Positions 37,901 through 51,300 of a stretch of DNA of 64,000 nt are shown here, in pieces. The stretch's first letter is position 1; each line of letters begins with the position of its first letter. The notes beneath the pieces are model-generated. The model was not told the DNA's origin and made no database searches. It was given only the letters and a program-made list of their open reading frames with translations. The position numbers were made by a program, and so were the translations under genes. The stretch is from Antedon mediterranea (taxonomy: Eukaryota > Animalia > Echinodermata): positions 24,539,175 through 24,603,174 of the forward strand of contig NC_092677.1 in the NCBI RefSeq assembly GCF_964355755.1, in the 5' to 3' direction.

Positions 37901-40900
37901 ATATTTGTATTGTAATTCATCTAAATCCTCTGCAACATACATATATATTTGTAATTCAACATTTTGTTTTAAATAATTAAATTATAGTTTGGGTATGACA
38001 ATGTCGGTAGGTACCAGTGTCATCTTTTTATCCACTTCACTCTCAGTTTGAAGTCACAAAGACAAAGAACTCTGCATCATCAACGATTCCTGAAAGTGTC
38101 AGAAAAAAATAATAAATATTATTTAAAAAAAATGTTAATGTCTGGTTGTATATATAATTATATAATATTATACATAAAAGTAAGGCAAATGGAAGCTGTA
38201 TTTTATTAATTAAATTACAGTATACTAGTATTATTTATATAATCTAGGCCTACTATAGTAGTAGCCTAGCTAGGCATCTATTGAGCCTAATAAATCAAAT
38301 AATAAATGAAAAATAAAATAATAATATTAATACTGATTGAAAAAAAGTATTTTTTGGGGGGATCAGATCACCAGGCTAGGCCGGCCAGGACCAATGATAC
38401 TCGTAATCAGTACAACTTAACGACTATCGGATCAGCATCAACACAGTACAACACACGTCTCGCTATCGCCTATACTGACACACGTGTCTCGCGTTGCCGA
38501 AACCACGCTCACAGCTAGAAAATGTACCTACCTTTCGAGGCCTGAGAATACACCAACAAATTTTGAACAGGATAGAAATATATCATACTCGATTAAACTA
38601 ATATTATTCTTGATAAAACAATTGATTACAATTTTTTTAATTTGTTGGGATGCACCTCCGACTATTCAGAAAATGGACAACAAAACAGTAGTCAAATCGT
38701 ACCACATTTATAAATTTCACGAGTCCCGACTTCAGTCTTTGAAGGAAACCGATTGGTTATTCAATTATACTTATTAGGAAATGCTTTTACCATAATAGGT
38801 AATGTTGGGCGGTTCTTAAATATTCATGAGAGCTTAAAATAAAACAGTACTTATTTGCTAGGCGACGAAAAATCGTGGTTTCAGTTTTCAACGATAGGTG
38901 GCGCTTCAAAATCGTCAATGCGGAAGTAAGTCGATTTTACACGATTTAACGGTCAAAACGCGAAGTGGCTTTCCCACTGCTGAGGTGTTGAGTAAGCTGG
39001 AAGGTCTGTATACTGCGCGCTATTTGTGTCCCGTTAGGACCCTGTGGCCGTATTCACCAATCTCACTTAGGCTAAGGGAAATACTTACCCTTAAGTGAAA
39101 CCCTTAATAAGGGAAATTCTTATGATCTAAGGGAAATATCTCACTTAAGTATGATTAGTGAATACGGCCACTGGGATACTTCTGCCCCTGTTGCAAGCCG
39201 TCTAAAAAGTTTTCCTTAGACCAAAACGGCCTACTGTGTCATGGAAGTTTCACAAGATGTTTAAACTAAATAATGTATTTACTAATTAAGATGGTTGAAT
39301 AAACGCCCAACACCCCACACATATCGTCATCTCTTCAAGGTATGCCATTCGTTGAGCATTGGACTGCCTCATATGTATTGGGTATTCTATTGGGTTCCGC
39401 TAAATTTAAAGTGTGTATCGGTTTTTTTAAACTTTTCACAATTTCAACAATAACATCATTATATGGCGTGAATGTCTTGGCTGTCGGGTTAAGTTGTTCT
39501 ATGATTTCTAAGAGGAAGAGTAATTAAAAATGGGAAATAAATTTGCATAACATTTAGGCATATTGAGCATTCATTAAACATATATACATTAAACTAAATA
39601 CACTTCAATTTCAATATTATGCTGATGAAATTCGGATTAGGCCCTCCACGGTAGCCAGCAGTGCAGAACCTACCAGATCAGCACACCGGGTCCGGGAGAC
39701 GATCTCCTACTTTGTGTACCAAGTTCTTTAACGTGCACTGTATGTACATGTACTTTACGTCCTATCCGAAGAACGAGGCAATGAGAGAGTAAAGCTTACT
39801 AAAGATACAATACGTATGGAACAGATAGGCTCGAACCCATGCTTATCATCACTCTCAGGTATAGGCCTATACATCACCCCAGAACGCAGCCGGGCTTAAC
39901 GAACGTTGCTTAACATCGGTGATCTGACGAGAACCGATGTTTCAACGCAGTATGGCTGTAAATACTTATTTATAATTATGTGGAAAAACAATCAATTGAA
40001 AACAAAAATCGTTTCCATTTACTAATGTAATATTCTATGTATGTTTTTCTATTGTTGTTTTACAATAATACGACAATTATTCTTTACCAATCACTATTAA
40101 TTAAGAGATTCTGACAGATTGAGATATAGAGATCGAAGGCTTTGGACAAATCAAAGAAAATTTTGCAATAAGCATACTAGGCCAAATGATGTAAGGAAAA
40201 TAATGGTTAACAATTATTTTTCTTTTCAGATGAAATTATCCGAAACTTTTTAACAGCAGAACAGAAAAGGAAATTTAAAGATCCAAACAGGAAACCGCCG
40301 ACGTGGAACACGTATTTTGGACATAAATACAACATTTCACAGATGTTTACTGATCTAATATTGAAACCAGAAATTTTGAAGAAGTATAAATACCTGGATT
40401 TAAAAATCGAAAGTCCTACATCATTAAAAGAACTATTATACTTTATCAGGTCCGTGGAATCATGTAAAGTATGCATGACAGGAGAAGGAGGGGTTGGTAA
40501 GACGACTTTACTTCAGTATATATCTTATAACTGGGCAATTGATTCAGATTCTACGTTTGCCGGTAAAATATTATTTCTTATAAATGTACGAGATATCGAG
40601 GCAGGTAAAACAATTACAGATATGATTGTAGCGCAGGTTAGTATGAGTATTTTTTTTAAACATACTAATCTCCCGACAAATGAACTACTAATAGAAAGGT
40701 TTATACAGAAGTATGACAGGGAGTTAATTGTGTTGTTAGATGGATTAGATGAGTTGGAATATGGTGTCGTAGGGCCAAAACTGATATTAGAAGGTAATGA
40801 ACTGAGGGAAAGCATAGTTATTATGACATCACGACCGGGTTTTACGAAAGACTTACTTATTCATTGCGATTTAGATGTAAAAGTAGAAGGGTTTTCTAAA

Positions 40901-43900
40901 AATAACATTGAGGAATATATTCAAAAATATTTTATACTTGTTGAAAACCCTGCGCTTGGTGATTCATTGATTGAAGAATTCAAACTTAATTCGGAATATA
41001 CAAGTTGTTGGGGTGGCGATCACAAAAAAATATTTGAATTCCTGCAATCCCCTTTTTTATTACTTAAAATGTGCACCATATGGGACCATGAACAAATAAT
41101 TCCTAAACATTTTGAACACTTTTTTATAGAAATTTTTCGATGCATTTTAAATCAGTACCTTAATAGGAACGGTACTTCTAAAGCAATTCCAAAATATCTT
41201 GACTTTCCCGACGAGTTTAACAATTCACTTCGAATATTAGGCAATATTAGTTACATAAAACTACAGACAAATTTACTTCATTTTTATAAAACGGATTTGA
41301 TAAACCTAGCAGGAAATAACAGTTTAGTTGACTTATCTCTTAAATTAGGTTTTGTTTACAAAGACCCTCCATCTGAAAAAGATTCCTTTTTGGAGACTTA
41401 TCGATGTCCACATAAGTTACTGGCAGAGGCCCTAGCAGGATTTTACTTGTCTTATAAAAGTCAATTTGAAATTTTAAATTTTGACGAAAGTGAAGAAATA
41501 AGAACTAACACGTATCTACATATGACTAGAGTGTTTACAGTTAGTTTTCTAGGTCCCAACGCGGACAAACTTATGAAATACTGGTTGTTGAATAATGCTT
41601 CTCATTATTACTCATTTGCAAAATATTTCCAATATGTAAATAAAGAACACGAAAAAAGGGTATTAGAATCACTTGATGAGCACATAAACCAATCGAAAGA
41701 ACTAACGATACAAGTCGAACGCTTAACGCGTTCCTTTACAGCGTTTTATAATTACAATTTACACTTTATACAGCATTTGAAATTGTTACATGAAGAAGTA
41801 ACAAAATCAGGTAGATATGTAATAGAAAATAAAATTATCGAATTGATAGAAAAATCGACAAAAGAATCATCTGAAGATATTTGCAGGCTTGTAGCACACG
41901 TATCAATAATAATACAACAAAATAAGAATATAGGGATCGATGAATACGTTGAATACAGTGACTTATATTTACTGTATTTATTTAATAAATGGGGTGATAC
42001 AGCTATTGAGATTCTCTCAAACGAGTGGAGAAGATGTCATTTAAATGAAGAAATACAGGAAATTAGTTTTTCTTACCCCATGTCCACGTTATTTCTTATT
42101 ACTTATTTGAATGGCACACACTTATGTCATTTTTTTCAATCTTTTTCCAACCTTCGATTTCTCTACATGGACGAGGGTGGTTATATATATAATGGTAAGC
42201 TTATTAAAGAAATTATAACCGAATGTAACAATAGTACAGTGTTTTCAGAATTAACGGAGATTGATCTCAGTCACAATGATTTAACAGATATAAATGGAAC
42301 ATTATTAAGTCACATAATTCATATTTCTAAAGATTTGAAAAGTATTGATTTAAGATCTTGTAAATTACATGGTACCCATATAAATAGTATGTTTAAAAAA
42401 CATGAAGTAAAGTATCTGAAGTTAAAAAATATCACCATTCAATTACAAGAAAATAACCTTTCAGATATTGATACAGATTCACTTGTAAAGCTGATAAACG
42501 TTAAAAAAAAACAGCGGTTAGAATGGAAAGATTATAATCTATCAGCTAAAAACTTACAAGCCCTTCTAATTTCAGCTCAGAAGTACAGATTTCTAAGAGT
42601 CGGTTGTGTTGATTTGGATAATGTATACCTATTGTCAATTAATGGAAGTATACTAGCTAACATTTTTGTTATATTTCCAAATATGAAACGTCTTTCTATG
42701 AATAAATGTAATTTAGTAGCTAGCACTATTTCTGATATGCTAAATACACAAATATCTAGTAGTACGCATGTAAATAGTATGTTGAAGGAAACTGTTGCAA
42801 AGTATCTAGAATCTAAAGAAATTACCATTGGATTAAATGGAAATAACCTTTCAGATATTGATGTAGATTCACTCGGAAAGCTGATAAACTTAAAAACATC
42901 CGGGTTTTTAAGATGGAACAATTATAAACTATCAGCCAAGCACTTACAAGCTCTTCTGATTTCACATCAGAAGTACAGATTTATAAAAGTTGTTGATTTG
43001 GATAATGGAGACCTATCATCAATTAATGGAAGTACACTAGCTAACATTTTTGTTATATTTCCAAATATGAAACATCTTAATATGGAAAACTGTAATTTAG
43101 TAGGTAGCACTATTTCTAATATGCTAAATGCACAAATATCTAGTAGTACGCATGTAAATAGTATGTTGAAGGAAACTGTTGCAAAGTATCTAGAATCTAA
43201 AGAATTTACCACTGAATTAAGCAGAAATGACCTTTCAGATATTGATACAGATTCACTCGGAAAGCTGATAAACTTAAAAAGGTCGTGGTGGTGGTTGAAT
43301 TGGAAAGATTATAAACTATCATCCAAGCACTTACAAGCTCTTCTGATTTCACATCAGAAGTACAGATTTCTAAGAGTCGATCATGTTGATTTGGGTAATG
43401 TAGACCTATCATCAATTAATGGAAGTACACTAGCTAACATTTTTGTTATATTTCCAAATATGAAACATCTTAATATGAAAAACTGTAATTTAGTAGGTAG
43501 CACTATTTCTAATATGCTAAATACACAAATATCTAGTAGTACGCATGTAAATAGTATGTTGAAGGAAACTGTTGCAAAGTATCTAGAATCTAAAGAATTT
43601 ACCACTGAATTAAGCAAAAATGACCTTTCAGATATTGATACAGATTCACTCGGAAAGCTGATAAACTTAAAAAGGTGGTGGTGGTGGTTCAATTGGAAAG
43701 ATTATAAACTATCATCCAAGCACTTACAAGCTCTTCTGATTTCACATCAGAAGTACAGATTTCTAAGAGTCCATCATGTTGATTTGGGTAATGTAGACCT
43801 ATCATCAATTAATGGAAGTATACTAGCTAACATTTTTATTATATTTCCAAATATAAGACGTCTTTTTATGAATAATTGTAATTTAGTAGGTAGCACTATT

Positions 43901-44086
43901 TCTGATATGCTAAATACACAAATATCTTTTAGTACGCACGTAAATGGTATGTTGAAGGGAACTGTTGCAAATTATCTAGAATCTAAAGAAATTACCATTG
44001 AATTACGTGGAAATAACCTTTCAGATATTGATGTAGATTCACTCGGGAGGCTGATAGGAGCCGCACTAAAACCTAAACCAAATTAA
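28974..44086 (+). CDS. NLR-like gene 2: tandem DED-like - linker - TM - NACHT - NACHT - LRR. Exons 28974-28989, 29872-30402, 30678-30725, 33812-33892, 34730-35629, 40230-44086
   Basis: ATG exon MANST|GTAGGA; all introns phase 1; open frame through to the TAA at 44084-44086. Confidence 0.72.
29509..29703 (+). repeat. 13-bp minisatellite (TATATAAAATGAC)x15
   Basis: Perfect tandem array; only 3 units at the paralogous site 54160-54198. Confidence 0.95.
29872..30402 (+). CDS. Gene 2 exon: tandem death-fold/DED-like region (type B)
   Basis: TTTACAG acceptor, GTATGT donor, 531 bp; second unit FSEFRQKVMRLG...WSLIIDLERNAHLSNENMTRF aligns with gene 1 WDLVFYLERE. Confidence 0.7.
31735..33805. mobile_element. 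Composite non-autonomous DNA-transposon insertion between TTAA sites, in the acceptor of the gene 2 TM exon; nested HINE-like element at ~31917-32653
   Basis: Homology to the gene 1 intron breaks at TTCTTTAA (31734) and resumes at TTAAAG|TACTGG (33806); inverted subterminal repeats at 31766-31801 and 33668-33704; same family begins at ~56975. Confidence 0.65.
33812..33892 (+). CDS. Gene 2 transmembrane exon (VLAAVIAFIVVVIAVVIAAVNAASPIK)
   Basis: 81 bp, phase 1-1, donor G|GTAAGT, homologous to 14230-14301 including the downstream intron. Confidence 0.72.
34405..34552 (+). mobile_element. RTE/L2-type LINE AP-endonuclease fragment
   Basis: YASTLNADDDVKVVFYDDL...LIILGDFNSRV motif. Confidence 0.75.
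34730..35629 (+). CDS. Gene 2 additional truncated NACHT exon (900 bp, phase 1-1)
   Basis: TTTTCAG acceptor, GAAG|GTAAGT donor; Walker A GKRGIGKT, Walker B LLDGIDE; sensor-1 TSR replaced by TLQ; lacks the WHD-like and LRR parts. Confidence 0.82.
39045..39170. mobile_element. 126-bp MITE (PIF/Harbinger-like)
   Basis: TIRs TGGCCGTATTCAC / GTGAATACGGCCA with CTG on both sides. Confidence 0.75.
39640..39845 (-). mobile_element. Degenerate tRNA-derived SINE
   Basis: Minus strand has B-box-like GGGTTCGAG followed by TTCGGATAGGACGTAAAG and GTGCACGTTAAAGAAC core motifs. Confidence 0.5.
39902..39963 (-). pseudogene. 5S rRNA-derived fragment (5' ~62 nt; pseudogene or SINE3 head)
   Basis: Minus strand TTTACAGCCATACTGCGTTGAAACATCGGTTCTCGTCAGATCACCGATGTTAAGCAACGTT resembles the 5' half of metazoan 5S rRNA. 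Confidence 0.75.
40230..44086 (+). CDS. Gene 2 NACHT-LRR exon
   Basis: Walker A GEGGVGKT, Walker B LLDGLDE, MTSRP, PHKLLAEALAG; 384-393-bp internal repeats. Confidence 0.93.
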
Positions 44087-46402
44087 AAATCAATGCTTGA
44101 TATTTACAGTTTCTCTAAAAGTTTAGGCCTAATTTGGAGTGAGTATAATCTATCAGCCAAACACTTACAAGATCTCCTGATCTCACATTTGAAATACAGG
44201 TTTAATAAATGGCGTTCCATTGATTTGGATGATGTAGGCTTATCATCAATTAATGGAAGTATACTAGCGAACATTTTTTTTATATTTCCAGATTTAACCC
44301 ATATTTCTATGAATAATTGCAGCATAGTAGGTACCACTATTACTGATATGATAAATAAATGTAATGAAATGAATGTTGAATTGGAAAGAAAAACAATAAT
44401 ACTTACAAATAATAACCTTTCTAGTATTAGTGGTGACTTGTTACTGAGATTAATACCTGTTATAAGGGAAACTACCCAATACCCGTTAGACGATGACTTG
44501 TTAGACATAGACACGTTAATATGGAGACTTTATGGTTTTACAGTTCAACATCTTGAATATATATTACGACCTAACAGCATCACATTTAAGTGGGGAAACG
44601 TCTCTCTAACGCATATAGACCTCTCATCAATTAATGGCGGTATACTAGCTAACATTTTTGTAATATTTCCAAATTTGAAACATCTTTTTATGAATAGTTG
44701 CAATTTAGTAGGCACCACTATTACTGATATGCTAAATACATGTAGAGAAATGAAAATTGAACTGAAAGAGAATTCAATATCACTAATGAATAATAACCTT
44801 TCTAATACCGTATTCAAGATTCAAGATTCAAGATTCAAGAAATTTTATTTGTCCATAAAAATGAAAATTCACTTTGCTTGGTAGATTAAAACAACAATAT
44901 TGCAACAATTTAAAAAACGTGCAGTATTATAAAAGATTAAAAATACAAGATAAAAAGTTAAAAATACTGTTAAAAATGTAAAACTATTAAAAATTGCATT
45001 AACGTCTTACATTAGAATTAAAAATATGAATGCTATTTACAACGAAGGATTTTCTAGTTCTACAAAGATTTGCTCTTGGAGGTCGTAGCCTAATGCCTGA
45101 TCTATTTAAGTTATAACAGTAATGTAACGGATGAGTGGGGTCTTTCATAATATTGTTTACTTTTTTTAGAATACTCTTTTCATAGATAAATGAACAAGGC
45201 GTAAGATCAGCTTTAATAATACGTTGTGCAATTTTACGTGGTCTCTCAAAATTTTTCTTATCATTTTCAGTAAAGTTACCATAAAAACATCCAATGCTAA
45301 AAGATAAAATACTTTGAATAATACTTTGATAAAATAGAATTAAAATAGTGTTATCAACTCTAATTTGCTTGAGTTTTCTGAGAAAGTAGAGCCTTTGAGA
45401 TGCCTTCTTGGAAATCATGAGAGAGTTTGACTCCCATTTTAATTTGTTGTCAATTATAGTACCTAAGTATTTGTATTGGGTTACTCTTTCAACCTCGGTT
45501 TCTTTAATAGTTATTACATTATGTTCAACTGCAGTTTTACGAAAATCTATTATCATCTCTTTGGTTTTAGTAATATTAAGTATTAAGTTTATATCTTCAC
45601 ACCAATTAACAAATCTTCCAACTTCATTAACAAATTCATTTACATTATGCTTACTATCGCAAAGAAAACCACTAAAACAGTATCGTCAGCGTATTTTACA
45701 ATATTGCAATCTTTACTTAAAATATTAAAACTACTAGAATAAAAAGAGAACAAAATTGGAGAGATAACACATCCTTGAGGAGCTCCAACACTGGTAGATT
45801 CTTTGTTGGATAGGATACCATTGCACTTAACCATCTGCGGTCTATTAATCAAAAAACTATATATAACTTTGGCGAGCTGAGGTTAGACATTAAAACTTAA
45901 TAATCTATCAATTAAAACATGTGGTAAAATAGTATTAAAAGCACTGGAGAAATCGAAAAATATAGACCGTACATAATTTCTTTTTGAATCAAGGTGATGA
46001 TATGTATCATGGAGATAAGAATTAACAGCATCGTCAACCCCTCTATTTTTCTTGTATGCAAATTGATTCTTATCTGCATTACCAATATTTTCCTTAAGTC
46101 TAGAAACAATCAACCTTTCTAAGCATTTCATTAAATTTGAAGTAATTGCAATTGGTCTAAAATCTTTTGGTACACTAGGTTTATTAACTTTAGGCAATGG
46201 ATTTATGATAGAAGTTTTCCATATGCGTGGAACAGTACCATTTCTAAAAATAATATTAAAAATATGAGTAAAAATTGCACACTTTTAAAATTCTGTTTGA
46301 AATCCCATCTGGTCCAGTTGCCTTATTGACTTTTACACGTGCAAATTCTCTTAAGACCTCGTCTTCATTAACAAGAACATTATTATTATCATCATTACCA
46401 AT

Positions 46403-46436
<34 letters not shown>

Positions 46437-48356
46437 GTGTTAGTGTTAGTGTTATTATTATTATTATATTCATTATCTTTAAGATTGTTAAGTTTCTCAC
46501 TGGTAGCCAACATGTCTGTTTCATATTGACCATCATCAAATCTGCAGAAAAATTTGTTTAAGGAGTCCACAAACTTGTCACATTCACCTACGTATTTTTT
46601 CAGTTTTTCTTTGTAGTCAGTGAGCATATACATTGCCTTCCAGGCCGAACGCGTGTCTTTATCCTTGAAATGTTTTTCCATTTTAGCTTTATATTTTTGT
46701 TTTGCTTTTAATATACTAGCATCAATCTCCTTCTGAATTCGCTTCGCTTCATCTTTCTTACCGGCTGCATATTCTTTTTTCTTTTTAACTATGAGACATT
46801 TCGTTTCATGTAAAAACCATGGCTTGCAATTTGGGTACATTTTTGTCTTCCTTTTAGGTATAATGGTATCAGCACAATAGTTTATGTATGAACAAACAGC
46901 ATTCACTTCAACATCGATAGAATTTTCGGATTCTGAGAAAACACCCCAGTCCGTAGATTCAAAACAACCCTTTAGCATATCAATTGCCTCAGTGCTCCAG
47001 ATCTGCCTTTCTTTGACTACAGGCTTCTGTCTTTTTAAGATTGGCTTGTAGAGTGGTCTTAGAATCACGATGTCGTGGTCAGAGTTTCCCAATGGGGCAC
47101 ATGTTTTAGCATTATAAGCCTTGGGGATGTTTGAATAACACAGATCCAGAATTGCATTTCCTCGTGTTGGTTGCTGTACAAATTGTTTAAACGTAGGGAG
47201 AACAGTGTTCAGGTTACATTGGTTAAAATCTCCCAGAATGATTTTTACAGCGTCTGGGGAATGCGATTCAATAATATTGACCTGCTCAGCAATGTGTTCA
47301 CACGCGATAGTATAATTTGCACCTGGGTGAATATATACTATAAAAATAAAAATTTGTGGAAATTCGCGCGGTAAGTAGAAAGGTCTGATCCCAACAGTAA
47401 GTACTTCATAGTCGGGTGTACAGGCTTTCGACCAAACCTTCCAGTTGTTACAAAATTGTTGGTTAATATAAAGACAGACTCCACCACCTGTAGTTTTACC
47501 TGAATTTATGGTTCTATCACTTCTCAGGAGTGTGAAATTTTCAAGCTCAATGGCTGAGTCAGCGATTTCATCTTTGAGCCATGTCTCCGTAAAACATAGT
47601 AATGAAGCTTCTCTATATTCATGGATAAATCGTATATTAGCTCGCAGTTCGTCCATTTTGTTCTGCAGTGATCTAACGTTACCAAAAGTAATGACAGGTA
47701 GAGGGTGTTTAATTCCTCTTCTTCTTAGACGTTGACGGATACCACCTTTTTTGCCCCTTTTACGTTTACGTTTTGTTAGGCAAGTATTTAAATCCAAGCC
47801 CACAAGGTCAAGTGGCTTAGAGTAGTTCGGTTTACGGTACCATTTTAGTTCGTCTGCCGTGTAGGTGATTCGCATTGAGCGCACCATCATCATAGACACG
47901 TACGTAGGCCTAGCAGGAAAATTGTTGATAACAGTGACAAATAAAACAATTAACAATTAATTAATATTGATGTCAAATCACTACTTAAATTATTGTATGT
48001 TATGAGAAACGATGAATACGGATGCTCAGAAACATTAGAGTGGAGGAATTATAGTTTAACAGGTGAAAATCTTAAAGATATATTACAACGACCTAATAAT
48101 GTTATATTGAAGTGGGAATATGTTGACCTAACGGAAATATCTGTCTTCAATTAGTGGCTCTACACTAGCCAAAATATTTAAGTTATTTCCAAACTTGACT
48201 TACATAAGAATGAAAATATCGGACGATATTCAGCGAGATATGTTGAAGGAATGCGTTAAACTCACTGTACCATTAGAAAATATCACAATTGATGTTTCAA
48301 TTTCCTCTGGACAGTTCTGCCTTCAACGAGAGATAATTGAAAATAGGGACATTTAA
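44087..48356 (+). pseudogene. Disrupted 3' remainder of the gene 2 LRR exon (44087-44807 and 47962-48356)
   Basis: Same frame continues after the TAA; split by the LINE; distal part aligns with gene 1 21146-21542 with a small frameshifting deletion near 48137. Confidence 0.85.
44808..47961 (-). mobile_element. Near full-length Rex1/Babar-like LINE (APE + RT), frameshifted, inserted antisense in the LRR exon
   Basis: GNVRSL, FTETWL, GDFN, SDH (APE); FFDFSSAFNT, PQG, YADD (RT); (TTCAAGA)n tail at 44813-44840; candidate TSD TAATA at 44803-44807 and 47962-47966. Confidence 0.93.
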
Positions 48357-51300
48357 TTTATAGAAATTTATTATAGGACATGACATTAGTATATAATTTA
48401 CAGATACAAACTTACCTCACTGTCCCAAAACCGGGTGCTTTAATATAAGTTTTGTTGCATATGCTATGGAGAAATATTTGAATTCTGTGGAAACATAGGT
48501 TATTGGCATTAAACGTTATCGTGCGGATTTTTGTTTAGGTAAAAAAATTAATAGCAAAATGATTTCGCGTTGTCCATGAAATGACCAAGGTTTCGTATAA
48601 ATCCAGAACTTGTTACACAAGTTTTCTGTTGGTTCGCATCCTCGAACGTTTTTGTTTAAATATTTTAAATTAATACATTTATTATATAGATATTTCATTT
48701 TCATTTATAATGTTAAATTTCAAACACTTTTTAAAAGTTAGGAAATTGTTCAATTGTATACTTAATCTATCTATTTGCGTTAATATAAAATTAATGTAAC
48801 GTATATTGATTAATATGGTATAATATATATATATACAGATTTTTTTTAAATTATTAATTAATTTATTAGTTATTTTCTATTAGGTGTACAAAACTTACAT
48901 ATTTCATAATGTTTCGTTATATTATTAATATTGTTTTCTTTTATAGGGCACTTTTTAAAAACGTTTTTGCTTGTTGTGGCCCTGTCCCTTCTTGTTTTGG
49001 TATTTTAGTGTGATTATTTAATATTTGGTATAATATAATAATATTCTGATTATTTTTTAGGATTTTTAATTGCTTAGTTATTTTATGTTATATGCTCAAA
49101 CCTACGTATTTCATAACATTACATTATATTATTAATCTCTTTTTCTCCTTTATATGGCACTATTGTATTCAGCTTTTGCTTTTACAATCTGATGGTTTGT
49201 TTTTTCTTTATATGAATTAGAATAAATTAATAGCAGTAAATTAATCACTTAAGGTATACATTTAAAAGAATTACCAAATCAGTTTAGTCAAATTTAATGT
49301 AGTTATTTAATTTTATGTATATCATTTATTGGTAATTAAAGCAATCAATTTGCATTTGACAAAAGTTTAATTGTAGATTTGAATGATACAGTTTATGTAA
49401 TTAACTAAAAAGATATTTGCTAAATGGGAGTAGGGCCTACCGGTATATATAAATATTGAGCTAGTAAATGTGTATTATAAATAGAGAATTTGTAAACATT
49501 TGGTATAGGCCTATTGAGAACAGATTCAGTGATTGTTCAAATGTTGGTAAGAAGAATAAACACTAGTAGTAATTTGTAGTAAATAGCCTTGTCGAATTAC
49601 TAATAAATGTATTAAATAAATGTTGCTAATTCTGTCAAAAGTATTTACGGTCTTTTGTGCGTTTTATTCCGTTCATTATACATTAAATAATGTAAACAAT
49701 TACATAGGATGTCACAGTTGCAATGCGGCAAAAACACCAACGGTTGATCAGAAACAAACAGTAAGTGTTTTAGAGACTTAAAAACTCGGCCTATTTAAAA
49801 GATGGTCTTTAATAGACATATAAAAAATATAGCAGACATTTATGAGGTATTTGTTTCTACATAGTTTTCAACGTTATAGTAGCAAAGTAGTACAGACTAC
49901 AGTAAATGAATGTATAAAAACGAATTTATAGAAACCACCATTTTATTGTGGAAGCCTTTTATAGGTAAAGTCTATACAGTTAGTAACTTTTACAATGTCT
50001 AGATGCTTTAGGGTTTGGATATAATAATATAGAAAATTATCTTACGCCCCGACAGTTCCATTGTACTATTATCAATAGAAAGACCTATTTTCAAAAAAAC
50101 TTTTTATTAAATTGCAATCAAGCAGAAAGTAATATACTAATACTAGTGTACTGAGGCCTGCCATGGATTAGTATGTACCGTCTACTGTACAGGAAAATTA
50201 TAGAATAATTCCAGGCTTGTTCCATAAGTACACACGAAAATGGAGTGATATAATAACTCCTGGATGTCACGTCCAGTGTTGCTGTAAAAATACGGCAGAG
50301 GCAGGACTGATTGATTCAAATTTTCTATTAAAAAGCACAGGTAAGTTTTAAAAATTGAATGAATTTTATTTATACAAGTTTAGTATAAGACAATGCTTAA
50401 AATATTGTTAACTGAGGTTAAGTTAAACCACTGTAGACCACTAAATATGTATATCACAGTAAGCAATCGTATAGGCATGTTTTAGGGTCTGCAATTATTA
50501 AACAGTTTCCAGCGTTTTTTGCTTGCAATGAATCAATTTTCTATGATTATAAAAATAACGTGGATTGTATAACGACAGTATAGACCACTCCTAACACGAA
50601 ATGCATTGTGGGCGTTATGGTTGTGTGCATTGTGGATCATGATTATACCATTGGAATCGCGTTAAGTTTGCGAAATGCATTGTGGGCGGTATATGTATTG
50701 TAGAAACTAGAGGAAATATATAATTTCCTCCATGGTAGAACTGCAGTGGGCCAGAATCGGAATCAATATTATATGAATATATTTGTATAGACCATTGGTA
50801 TCGCGTCAAGTTGCGAAATGCATTGTGGGCGGTATGAAATGTGCATTGTGGAACTGCTCACAGTGGGCCAGAATCGGAATCATTATTCTATGGATATATT
50901 ATAATTGTATAAAACAGACTATAATTCACGTCAAGTTTGGGTGTAATGGGATTCGGAACGATGATGGGTAGATGCAACTAAATTTTAGTTTGTAGTTCGT
51001 TATTTGAATTATTAGTGGTCAGAAATACAATCAGCTATTAGGCCTACCACCAAATGTGTATGGCATTTTGTAGGTGGTCTGTAGGGTGTACCAGTTGATT
51101 TTATCTAAGAACTACAGTAGGCTACTCTTGTATTTCTTGTGATAAAACAACGGTAAGCATCAGTAAGGATGTTGAGGTTTGAATTTATTCCATTCCTGCT
51201 TTTAAAAATATATAATCAAACAGTAAGTATGTATTGTCCCGAAAAACATGAAAAAACAACAAATACTTACCGTATTATGCGACATTAAAATAACTTATTT

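Noticed and set aside
36504-39240. Possible coding gene in the gene 2 intron
   Set aside because: Only short motif-less ORFs and transposon-like terminal or repeated motifs; family could not be assigned.
39902-39963. Functional 5S rRNA gene
   Set aside because: Only the 5' half is recognisable; no 3' half or tandem array.
46351-46539. Poly-Ile/poly-Leu ORFs resembling TM peptides
   Set aside because: Alternative frames of an (AAT)n microsatellite inside the LINE.
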